Assembly (NCBI GenBank): GCA_964357805.1
Contig: CAYHMS010000001.1
Span: 17,176 to 56,297, forward strand
DNA from: an uncultured Candidatus Saccharibacteria bacterium
Lineage (GTDB): Bacteria; Patescibacteriota; Minisyncoccia; Phycocordibacterales; Phycocordibacteraceae
Direction of reading: 5' to 3'
DNA length: 39,122 bases
Made by a program: the position numbers and the translations under genes. Below, piece by piece: positions 7,329 through 14,765 of the stretch; positions within the stretch are counted from its first letter, which is position 1, and every line of letters begins with the position of its first letter. The notes under the pieces are model-generated. The model saw only the letters and a list, made by a program, of their open reading frames with translations, ran no database searches and had not been told where the DNA came from.

Positions 7329-8108
7329 ATGGCACTATCCGAACAACAAATCAGAAGCGTCGAGGATGTTCTGAAGGCAAGTCTAAGAAATAAATTCCAG
7401 AACTATAATCCGGAGCCAGCTTCGATGCCTTTCCATACCAGATTGCTTGGAAAAGATCGCCTTGCTTTGTATTCTTTTATCCACTCGCTCAATACGAATT
7501 TCGGCACCAGTATTTTTGAGCCGGTTGGTCTTGCCCTAGCACAAAAGAATTTTAAAATGGCCGTTGCGCAAGCTACAGCAGGAAATCAAATCAGTACTGC
7601 CGCACAAGCTGAAATCCAAAAAATTATCGATGTCCTCATTACGGCGACAAGCACCCCGAATAAAAAAGAGGAAATTGAGAGAATACGAAAAGTTTGTCAA
7701 ACAGGTGAGATGATCAAAGTAAAACCGACAAAGGTTGATTTAATGTTTGAATCAATAGACGGTGCGTATTTTTTGTTTGATATCAAAACAGCAAAGCCAA
7801 ACGCGGGCGGTTTTAAGGAATTTAAACGCACACTACTTGAATGGGTTGCTGTTGTTTTAGCAAATAAACCCAATGCAGAGATAAATACCTTTATAGCAAT
7901 TCCGTATAATCCTTACGAACCGGAGCCTTACACTCGTTGGACAATGCGTGGGATGCTCGATTTAGAAAATGAGCTTAAAGTAGCAGATGAATTTTGGGAT
8001 TTCCTCGGTGGTAAAAATACCTACAAAGATTTACTTGATTGCTTTGAAAGAGTCGGTATTGAACTCCGAGATGAAATCGATACCTACTTTAAGCGTTTTA
8101 AAAAATAA
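7329..8108 (+). CDS. Type II restriction endonuclease, TdeIII-like (family assignment from memory only)
   Basis: Begins 4 nt after the methyltransferase stop. 259 aa with MPFHTRLLGKDRLALYSFIHSLNTNFGTSIFEP and a PD-(D/E)XK-like E..D(x)nFDIKTAKPN motif. Confidence 0.65.
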   Translation: MALSEQQIRSVEDVLKASLRNKFQNYNPEPASMPFHTRLLGKDRLALYSFIHSLNTNFGTSIFEPVGLALAQKNFKMAVAQATAGNQISTAAQAEIQKIIDVLITATSTPNKKEEIERIRKVCQTGEMIKVKPTKVDLMFESIDGAYFLFDIKTAKPNAGGFKEFKRTLLEWVAVVLANKPNAEINTFIAIPYNPYEPEPYTRWTMRGMLDLENELKVADEFWDFLGGKNTYKDLLDCFERVGIELRDEIDTYFKRFKK

Positions 8109-8477
8109 CCCAACCCGAGCCCTGCCGCTCCATGCATTCACCCCCCCGCTGTGCCCGTCCGTAGCCTTGCTGTGCTCATCCGAAGTCTTTGACGAAGGAG
8201 AGGCGAAGGAGGGAATCCGCCGGAAGGCAAAAGAGAAATGTGCGGACAGGGCTCGGATGCGAGTGTGCGGAGCATCCGAGGACCTTGAGCGTTTTGTACT
8301 CAAAAAGCGAAAAGGTGTACAGCTCCTGTAAGGAGCGAGGCCGCCGTCCGCGGCGGCGAGCGACATTGTTTCGTTAGGAGCGAAGCGAGTTAGGAAACAA
8401 GAAGTGCCGCGAAGCGGCCCCGCGAGTCAGCGAGGCGCGAGAGGGTCAGTGTGCGAAATAGGTTCGAGCGAAATCAT

Positions 8478-8690
8478 ACAGACGAAGGCATGGATGTCCA
8501 CAATATTTCCGTACTTGTTCTCGCTTTTCCCTTTTCATTTGAGGGCAAGCTCGTCCAATATATTGGTCGTCTTCTTCATGGTCCGGGTCCGAAGCGCGTT
8601 ATTGACTATCGCGATCGAAATGTCGCCTTCCTTGAGCGACAATACAAGCAACGTCAGCAGTATTACAATAAGTTGAAATCCGGGACTTGA
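8478..8690 (+). pseudogene. C-terminal remnant of a DEAD/DEAH (SF2, Res-subunit-like) helicase
   Basis: DEGMDVHNISVLVLAFPFSFEGKLVQYIGRLLHGPGPKRVIDYRDRNVAFLERQYKQR resembles SF2 motif V-VI and the C-terminal tail. No upstream helicase core is present. Confidence 0.6.
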
Positions 8691-8692
8691 TA

Positions 8693-8701
8693 TGCTACGC
8701 T
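8693..8701 (+). promoter_or_regulatory. Extended -10 box TGcTACGCT, 6 nt upstream of ATG 8708
   Basis: Read directly from the sequence. Confidence 0.4.
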
Positions 8702-8707
8702 ATTCAC

Positions 8708-8917
8708 ATGACCAATACAGTTATCATACAACGGCTAGCGGTACTTGAGCGGGAAGTTCAAGCTATTAAATCGCGTATGCAGCGGGGCTCCGTTTCGTCT
8801 GCAAAAGACACCAAAAAGTTTCGTCATGGTCTCCAAGTCGCACTCCGCGAAATCGAGGAAGGTAAAGAAATAGGGCCTTTTGACAGCGTCGATAAATTCA
8901 TGGTCGGCCTCAAGTAA
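8708..8917 (+). CDS. Putative antitoxin of a RelE/ParE-type TA pair
   Basis: 69-aa ORF ending 2 nt before the toxin ATG; coiled N-terminus and a GLQVALREIEEGK..GPFDSVDKFM tail typical of small antitoxins. Confidence 0.6.
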   Translation: MTNTVIIQRLAVLEREVQAIKSRMQRGSVSSAKDTKKFRHGLQVALREIEEGKEIGPFDSVDKFMVGLK

Positions 8918-8919
8918 CG

Positions 8920-9165
8920 ATGCAATACTCTCGTACCCCGCAATTCGAGCGGGCTTTCAAGAAGTTCCCGAAGCAGATAAAAACGGCGTTCGAGAAGCAA
9001 CTTCGTTTTCTGCTCTCCAACATTAGACACCCATCGCTCCGTGCGAAGAAGTATGACGAGACACAAGGCATCTGGCAGGCGCGAGTGACTGATAATGTTC
9101 GGTTTTACTTTCAGATTATGAGTGACAGATACCGCATTCTCGACATTGAAAAGCATAGGGACTAG
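8920..9165 (+). CDS. Type II toxin, RelE/ParE superfamily
   Basis: 81 aa with F.RAFKK.PKQIK, HPSLRAKKYDE..GIWQARVT.N.RFYF and I.DIEKH, the RelE/ParE fold pattern. Confidence 0.75.
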   Translation: MQYSRTPQFERAFKKFPKQIKTAFEKQLRFLLSNIRHPSLRAKKYDETQGIWQARVTDNVRFYFQIMSDRYRILDIEKHRD

Positions 9166-9236
9166 CTCCCTTATCGTATCCGCATTCCCCCGCCAAAAAA
9201 TCCTCTCTCCAAAAAATGAGTTCGTATCTAATTTCT

Positions 9237-9311
9237 TGGCTCCGGAGACAGGATTCGAACCTGTAACCACCTCGTTAACAGCGAGATGCTCTACCGTTGA
9301 GCTACTCCGGA
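9237..9311 (-). tRNA. tRNA-Asn (anticodon GTT) with encoded CCA
   Basis: Folded by hand as a cloverleaf: acceptor TCCGGAG/CTCCGGA, D arm GCTC/GAGC, anticodon stem TCTCG/CGAGG with loop CTGTTAA, T arm ACAGG-TTCGAAT-CCTGT, discriminator G, CCA. Confidence 0.95.
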
Positions 9312-9332
9312 ATGTGTGCAGCGAACTTTTGC

Positions 9333-9338
9333 ATTCTA
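9333..9338 (-). promoter_or_regulatory. -10 box TAGAAT, about 21 nt upstream of the tRNA-Asn 5' end
   Basis: Read directly from the sequence. Confidence 0.35.
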
Positions 9339-9399
9339 TCCTAAACGTCTCGTGTCGCAAAGCGGCGTGGGGTGGCCGGTATTCCAGAAAATAATATAC

Positions 9400-9408
9400 T
9401 GTTACAAT
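9400..9408 (+). promoter_or_regulatory. Extended -10 box TGtTACAAT, 7 nt upstream of ATG 9416
   Basis: Read directly from the sequence. Confidence 0.5.
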
Positions 9409-9415
9409 AGCGGTA

Positions 9416-10438
9416 ATGAATCGCGTTTCCAAGATATGTGGTTTTATCGTGTTATTCGCAGTCATTCTGGGAGGCACTGTCTTCTCGTTCCCCTCCATCC
9501 TTGAGCTCAAAATCCAGTATGAACGGAAACAATCCATTTCTGCGATGTACGAGCAGTTCCCCATCACGGTCGACCCTAAAAATAAGACCATCGCCGAAAA
9601 TGCTCAAGTGAATGCTTTCCTCGAGAACCCCGATTCTCCCTTCCAAGCGGCGGCCGGAAATGTAGGGAACATTTTTGGGACTATATTTGAATGGATTGCC
9701 GTTGCCGTCTCTGGCTCTCCCTGGTACCAAAACGTTGCTGCCGTAGCCGCACTACATAATCGTCTTGTCGCTATCACGCCCGGTATGAGAAAAGAACAGG
9801 TAGCAACTGCATTCGCGAGCGCGCTCGCCTGGAATACGAAACAAAAAAAGGAATTCACAACGGCGGCACGTGGAGAATCACTCCCGCTCCTTGAAGGCTC
9901 GTTCTCACCCGGTATCTATCTCCTCGCGGAGGATACGACGCCGCGAGAAGCACAAGCTCTCGTGAATGAGCTCTTTACGGAGGACATTCTCTCTCATTAC
10001 GGCCCGGAGACAGCCAACGTGGTGCCGCTTGAACAAGCACTTACCATAGCCTCACTCATTGAGCGCGAGGCGGGAGGACCCGACGATATGCGTCTCATAT
10101 CCGGCATTATTTGGAACCGACTTTTCATCAATATGAGACTCCAGATAGATGCGACACTCCAATACGCAAAAGCGAATGGTGTCGCAGGTGTTGGCTGGTG
10201 GCCGAAGCCGGTACCCGCAGACCGGTTCCGCAAGTCGCCTTATAACACGTACCTGTACTCCGGCTTGCCGCCAACCCCCATAGCGAATCCGTCGGTCGCT
10301 TCAGTACTCGCCGCCCTTAATCCGAGAAACACGTCATGCCTCTTCTATTTTCATGATGCGGCAAAGCAATTCCATTGTACCGACACGTACGCCGAGCATG
10401 TTGCGCTCCTCAAGAAATATTTCGGTAGGGGGAAATAG
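9416..10438 (+). CDS. mltG: Endolytic murein transglycosylase (YceG/MltG family)
   Basis: N-terminal TM, then LIEREAGGPDDMRLISGIIWNRL, LQIDATLQY and PYNTYLYSGLPPTPIANP motifs. Confidence 0.9.
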   Translation: MNRVSKICGFIVLFAVILGGTVFSFPSILELKIQYERKQSISAMYEQFPITVDPKNKTIAENAQVNAFLENPDSPFQAAAGNVGNIFGTIFEWIAVAVSGSPWYQNVAAVAALHNRLVAITPGMRKEQVATAFASALAWNTKQKKEFTTAARGESLPLLEGSFSPGIYLLAEDTTPREAQALVNELFTEDILSHYGPETANVVPLEQALTIASLIEREAGGPDDMRLISGIIWNRLFINMRLQIDATLQYAKANGVAGVGWWPKPVPADRFRKSPYNTYLYSGLPPTPIANPSVASVLAALNPRNTSCLFYFHDAAKQFHCTDTYAEHVALLKKYFGRGK

Positions 10439-10441
10439 CGC

Positions 10442-10469
10442 TTGCATATTAGGGAGACGCGCATATACT
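10442..10469 (+). promoter_or_regulatory. Sigma-70-type promoter: TTGCAT, 16-nt spacer, TATACT
   Basis: Read directly from the sequence, immediately upstream of the riboswitch. Confidence 0.5.
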
Positions 10470-10475
10470 ACTTCC

Positions 10476-10637
10476 TACGGTTGATTGCCAGCTAGAAATA
10501 ACTGGTTCCGCCTGTTTTCAGAAAACAGGCGGAAAGGAAGTTAGGTGAAATCCCTGCACTGTGCCGCAACGGTAATGTCCTGAGGTAATCCGAAGGAACG
10601 AGTCCGAGCATCAACAGCCGCGTTATTCCCGAGCAGG
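10476..10637 (+). promoter_or_regulatory. Cobalamin (B12) riboswitch
   Basis: Conserved core AGGAAGTTAGGTGAAATCCCTGCACTGTGCCGCAACGGTAA. A perfect variable hairpin CCGCCTGTTTT-c-AGAAAACAGGCGG. A B12-box-like GAGTCCGAGC...CAGCCG segment. Downstream genes are cobalamin-linked families. Confidence 0.75.
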
Positions 10638-10640
10638 AAC

Positions 10641-11039
10641 ATGAGACAAACTATTTTAATTGGTGCTACCGTCGCAGTTGTTATTGCGACAATTTTTGTA
10701 TACATACCGCGTGCGCATGAAGCGCCGCAAACAGCTTTAGTATCTTCAGCGGCACAAGCAACGTTTGCAGTCGGCGATAAAACATATTCCATCAACGTAG
10801 CGTCCGGCGAGACGGTCATAGGCGCGATGCGCGCACTCGCATCGGCGGGTACGCTCTCATTTACCGGCCGCGAGTATCCCGGGCTCGGTTTTTTCATTGA
10901 CTCTATCAACGGGAAGAAGAATGCCGATGGCAGGTACTGGATTCTCTACGTGAACGATGTTTCCGCATCGGTCGGCGCATCGGCGACGACGATACGTGCG
11001 GACGATGTCCTGGAATGGAAATATGAAAAAGGTTATTAA
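10641..11039 (+). CDS. DUF4430-like (transcobalamin beta-domain-like) exported protein
   Basis: N-terminal TM/signal, then FIDSINGKKNADGRYWILYVNDVSASVGASATTIRADDVLEWKY, the typical DUF4430 C-terminal pattern. Confidence 0.8.
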   Translation: MRQTILIGATVAVVIATIFVYIPRAHEAPQTALVSSAAQATFAVGDKTYSINVASGETVIGAMRALASAGTLSFTGREYPGLGFFIDSINGKKNADGRYWILYVNDVSASVGASATTIRADDVLEWKYEKGY

Positions 11040-12564
11040 TTTTTTCAGTGCGCTTATAATCGGACTCGCTCCTTTCTCTGCGTACGCCGCCCCGATTGCC
11101 GTCGACGTGCCGAATGCCTGTACCGTCACCGATACCGATGGCGTTCAGTATATATTTCCACAAAGCGATTCCCCTTCTTCCTATTTGGGTATATGTGCGC
11201 TTGAGGCGGCACAGGAGGCGGGGCTCGTCGCCTTTACGCTCACGAACGACCCGAGCTTCGGTCTCTATATCCAAAGCGTGAACGATATTGAACCGGGGGC
11301 GACCGAGTATTGGGCAATCTGGGACAACGGGGTCATGGCGGCGTGCGGTATCGGTTGTATCCCTCTCTCGCAGGACGATACACTCTCCTTCATTCTCACG
11401 GATTGGATGACGAATGTTGAGGGCGCTACAATCGTGTTGTACGTACATTCTCTTATATCGCCGCCCCCTCCCCCGCCCCCGAACGGCGGAGGAGGGGGCG
11501 GCGGCATCCCGAATTCGCAGCTGAATGTTGCCAATGCGCTTGCGTATCTCGCGAGCAAACAGCACGAGGACGGTTCGTTCGGCTCGCCGCTTCTCTCCGA
11601 TTGGGTGGCGCTCGCATTTGCGGCGGCTGACCCGGGGGATGCAAAAGTGAAGCTTCGCGAGTATGCGCGTACGGCGACTCCGACACTTTCAAGCGTGACC
11701 GATTATGAGCGGCACGCGATGGCGCTTGAAGCGCTCGGCATCAATCCGTACTCCGGCACCTTGGTCGATTACATCGCGCCCATCGTTCGGGCATTTGACG
11801 GAACGCAGGTCGGCGATGCCTCGCTCGACAACGACGATATCTTTGCGCTCTTCCCGCTCCTCTCTGCCGGCTACAGCGCGAACGACCCCATCATTCAAAA
11901 GACAACGGCGTTCATCCTCTCGCGCCAAGGTCAGAACGGCTCGTGGGATAAGAGTGTTGATATGACCGCCGCCGCCATCCAAGCGCTCGTGCCGGTGCGC
12001 ATGCTTCCGGATGTATCTCTGGCGCTCATACGAGCCGAGGGGTATCTGCGCAAAGAACAGCCAGATGAGGCTGTCCCCGGCAACAGCTTCTCGACGAGTT
12101 GGGTACGGCAGGCGATAAGCGCGCTTAGTTGGACGCCGAGCGGCTGGACACCGAACTCGTTCACGGAAGGGGACCATCTCGCCGAGCTACAGCAGTCTGA
12201 CGGCGGCATCGAGCTTGAATCGTCCGGCACGCAGACCCGCGTGTGGGCGACCGCGTACGCGATTCCCGCCGCGCTCGGGAAGTCCTGGCCAATGCTTCTG
12301 CAATCATTCGCAAAGCAAAATGTGGCATTCACCCCTACGCTTGTCGCGACCAGTACAATGTCTGTCGCAACCTCGACCATACTCGCTGTGCCGGCTACAA
12401 CCAGTAGACCCGCGATTATTCAACCGAAAAGGAAACTTTCACTCGAACTCCCTTTCCCGACGCTTGTTGATACGCAAACGGCTGCCGTGGCGAATGCGTC
12501 AGTCGGCGACGTCTTCAGTCGTATATGGAATTCTATTGCCTCGTTCTTCAGTAATTTGCTGTAG
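11023..12564 (+). CDS. Secreted protein: DUF4430-like domain, P7-N-G7 linker, prenyltransferase/squalene-cyclase-like alpha/alpha-toroid repeats
   Basis: Signal peptide MKKVINFFSALIIGLAPFSAYA. YWAIWDNGVMAACGIG..LSQDDTLSF in the first domain. Repeats YLASKQHEDGSFG, ILSRQGQNGSWD and LQQSDGGIE. S/T-rich C-terminus with a hydrophobic tail. Confidence 0.75.
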   Translation: MKKVINFFSALIIGLAPFSAYAAPIAVDVPNACTVTDTDGVQYIFPQSDSPSSYLGICALEAAQEAGLVAFTLTNDPSFGLYIQSVNDIEPGATEYWAIWDNGVMAACGIGCIPLSQDDTLSFILTDWMTNVEGATIVLYVHSLISPPPPPPPNGGGGGGGIPNSQLNVANALAYLASKQHEDGSFGSPLLSDWVALAFAAADPGDAKVKLREYARTATPTLSSVTDYERHAMALEALGINPYSGTLVDYIAPIVRAFDGTQVGDASLDNDDIFALFPLLSAGYSANDPIIQKTTAFILSRQGQNGSWDKSVDMTAAAIQALVPVRMLPDVSLALIRAEGYLRKEQPDEAVPGNSFSTSWVRQAISALSWTPSGWTPNSFTEGDHLAELQQSDGGIELESSGTQTRVWATAYAIPAALGKSWPMLLQSFAKQNVAFTPTLVATSTMSVATSTILAVPATTSRPAIIQPKRKLSLELPFPTLVDTQTAAVANASVGDVFSRIWNSIASFFSNLL

Positions 12565-12583
12565 TATAATCGGCATAACCCGT

Positions 12584-13129
12584 ATGAATCTCTCCTTCAC
12601 CACTGGCTGGCTTAAGTTTGTCATTGGTTGGAGCGCGGTGTTTCTTTTTCGTCTCATTCCATTCCGTCCGCCGAATGTCGAGCCTATGCTTGCGACCATA
12701 ATGCCGTTCTCCAAACGCTACGGTCCCATTGGGAGTTTCTTCTTCGGATTCTTCGGCATCGTTCTCTTCGACGCGGTGACGAGCGGTTGGGGAATATGGA
12801 CACTCATAACCGCGTTCAGCTACGGCGCACTCGGCCCCGCCGCACATTTCTTCTTCAAGAAGCGCGAAGCGTCGGTCACAAATTTCCTTCGCTTCGGCAT
12901 CGTCGGCACCATTATGTACGATGCCGCGACCGGCCTCACCATCGGACCCCTTTTTGCCGGTCAGCCATTTATGGTCGCACTCCTGGGTCAAATCCCATTT
13001 ACCCTTCTCCATCTCGCCGGCACGGTCGTCTTTGCCGTATGTTTGAGCCCGGTTCTGTATCGATGGGTGGTGCAAAACGAGGCGTTTGAAATCTCCTTTT
13101 TAAAATTTAAACTTTCAAACGTAAATTGA
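12584..13129 (+). CDS. Polytopic membrane protein, candidate cobalamin transporter component (ECF S-component / DUF6580-like)
   Basis: About 6 TM segments and an RLIPFRPPNVEPMLATIMPF N-terminal motif; last gene of the riboswitch operon. Confidence 0.6.
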   Translation: MNLSFTTGWLKFVIGWSAVFLFRLIPFRPPNVEPMLATIMPFSKRYGPIGSFFFGFFGIVLFDAVTSGWGIWTLITAFSYGALGPAAHFFFKKREASVTNFLRFGIVGTIMYDAATGLTIGPLFAGQPFMVALLGQIPFTLLHLAGTVVFAVCLSPVLYRWVVQNEAFEISFLKFKLSNVN

Positions 13130-13223
13130 TTATGACCCTCCTATATCGGTGCTCATATACATAATCATCATAGCGCCGGGCTATCGGATGTGGGAACGGC
13201 GACCGCGGCATTCGAAGTCCCGC

Positions 13224-13250
13224 AATAAAAAGCCCCGCCGGAGCGGGGCT
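13224..13250 (-). terminator. Intrinsic terminator AGCCCCGC-tccg-GCGGGGCT followed by TTTTATT
   Basis: 8-bp GC stem plus U-tract downstream of the 13266-13640 minus-strand gene. May also stop the plus-strand operon, though with a weaker tail. Confidence 0.65.
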
Positions 13251-13265
13251 TTCGTACTGCCTGTT

Positions 13266-13640
13266 TCAGACCCTGGTATAGCCCTTAATAATGATGGGAA
13301 GACAGAATTCCATCGCCAAGTTGAAGTCCTCCATGAGAACCGAGTCGCTCAAGCTGTCTTCGCTTTCGTCCTGGAGCACAAGAGCCCCGATGTTTTGTAC
13401 TCCTGTATGCGATAGAGCAATAATATGTATTTGCGGTCGTTTGTACTGGTACGTGATCTCGGCCATGCAGGTTCCACCTGCGGCACGGGCTTCCATTACT
13501 TGGACGCGGCCGCGTGCATCCCTCTTGACCACCTCGCGGTGGAGAGGTTCGAGTCCGGCGCCATAAATGGTCGCAACGCTCATTGAAACGAACGCAATGA
13601 TTGACAGTATGCTCTTGAATCTGGAACTGAATTTGAACAT
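13266..13640 (-). CDS. Hypothetical secreted protein
   Basis: 124-aa ORF with a signal-like N-terminus; GGGAGG Shine-Dalgarno 6 nt upstream of the ATG. Confidence 0.6.
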   Translation of the reverse strand: MFKFSSRFKSILSIIAFVSMSVATIYGAGLEPLHREVVKRDARGRVQVMEARAAGGTCMAEITYQYKRPQIHIIALSHTGVQNIGALVLQDESEDSLSDSVLMEDFNLAMEFCLPIIIKGYTRV

Positions 13641-13744
13641 TTTTTACCTCCCTTCATATCGTTGAACGGCAGTGCATTACAGTATCCCGCCCGTACTCTA
13701 CCAAATGACCAACAATTAGTAAATTTGATGTATTGAGGCATCTA

Positions 13745-13753
13745 TGGTATCAT
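13745..13753 (+). promoter_or_regulatory. Extended -10 box TGgTATCAT, 7 nt upstream of ATG 13761
   Basis: Read directly from the sequence. Confidence 0.5.
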
Positions 13754-13760
13754 TACGGCA

Positions 13761-13991
13761 ATGAAGAAATACGGCGAAGAATTGAAGATAAGCGAGGTGC
13801 GGGTGTCTCTCGTTGATTTTTTAAAATCCTACAATAAAAATATTCCCCAGAGTTTTCCGAGAGCTTCCGCGGCCCTGTTAAAGAAATTCAGAGAGACCCA
13901 TCCGCTCTTTTTTAAACACGGCGACCTCTGGTCGCTCGACGAGCACCGAAAAAAGATTATTGACTGGCTCCCTCCCCGCAACGATGCTTAG
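13761..13991 (+). CDS. Hypothetical small protein
   Basis: 76-aa ORF with the leaderless-type promoter signature; no motif recognised. Confidence 0.55.
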   Translation: MKKYGEELKISEVRVSLVDFLKSYNKNIPQSFPRASAALLKKFRETHPLFFKHGDLWSLDEHRKKIIDWLPPRNDA

Positions 13992-14670
13992 GGATGAGTT
14001 CATAATCGCGCGGGAAAAGGTACTGGGCGATTTTGAATATACCGTACGCCATAAAGGGCGCCGCGAGTACATCAATTGAATAGTGAATATGCGCAAGAAG
14101 GACGGCGATTCCGAAAACAAACGACATTAACAAGAACACGAGACGCGTGAGCGGCTTCTCCCAGAAAATGAGTGCTATAAGAAATGGAAGTGCGGTATGG
14201 CCTGAAAAGAAGAAACCCGTTTGTAAATTGAGATAGACATAAATGCTATTGAAGAATCCGATACCCGGGTCTAAATTACCGGGATAAATGCCTACGTGTG
14301 TAAGAGAGATGAACAGTGCCCGTATGGCGATAGCGAGCGCCACCGCCTTAAGAGAAAAAAGGATGTAGCGCGGCCTTAAGAACACGACAAACAAGGTTCC
14401 GAAAATAATACTGAACAACGCGCCTTCAATGATGATGAAATTCAAGTCAACGACGGGCAGGTTGTCCAAAAGAAGGTCTCCAACGTAGACGGAGGTCGGG
14501 CGCGCCGAATACACGAGTTCATAGAGGTTGGCGAAATGCTCGGCTACATACGCGCCGCCGAGCATAACGAGAGCGCCGAGAAGCGAATACCGGTGCTCCG
14601 GGGCGAATACGTCCTTCAGCGTAAAAGAATCTTGCTGTTGCATTTCCGTAGAGTATATGCTACTCTGCAT
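13957..14670 (-). CDS. PAP2_C / sphingomyelin-synthase-like membrane phosphatase-related protein
   Basis: Multi-TM protein with FFFSGHTALPF and LLAHIHYSIDVLAAP motifs. Confidence 0.7.
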   Translation of the reverse strand: MQSSIYSTEMQQQDSFTLKDVFAPEHRYSLLGALVMLGGAYVAEHFANLYELVYSARPTSVYVGDLLLDNLPVVDLNFIIIEGALFSIIFGTLFVVFLRPRYILFSLKAVALAIAIRALFISLTHVGIYPGNLDPGIGFFNSIYVYLNLQTGFFFSGHTALPFLIALIFWEKPLTRLVFLLMSFVFGIAVLLAHIHYSIDVLAAPFMAYGIFKIAQYLFPRDYELIPKHRCGEGASQ

Positions 14671-14765
14671 GCATCAACCAGCGCCGGTCCAGAGAAGTGG
14701 GATCGAGCTTCTATTTTCGGCTACTGATTTGATACACATTAGTCACACAAATATCTATCTGCAGT

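Noticed and set aside
7987-8366. ORFs 7987-8331 (+), 8031-8366 (-) and 8189-8377 (+) in the GC-rich spacer
   Set aside because: They are either a read-through of the endonuclease 3' end in another frame or Arg/Ser-rich peptides. None has a start context or a recognisable domain.
8109-8477. tmRNA, RNase P RNA, SRP RNA or a retron ncRNA in the GC-rich spacer
   Set aside because: None of the hallmark motifs is visible on either strand: no tRNA-like 3' end with CCA, no GAGGAAAGTCC-type P4 sequence, no SRP GGAA tetraloop context. There is also no reverse transcriptase nearby. It is kept only as an unexplained structured block.
10906-12380. Long minus-strand ORFs (10906-11565, 11265-11558, 11689-12177, 11931-12380) antisense to the cobalamin-operon genes
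   Set aside because: These are shadow ORFs typical of GC-rich coding DNA. Their composition is Arg/Pro/Gly-rich with no motifs, while the plus-strand proteins have clear domains and a signal peptide.
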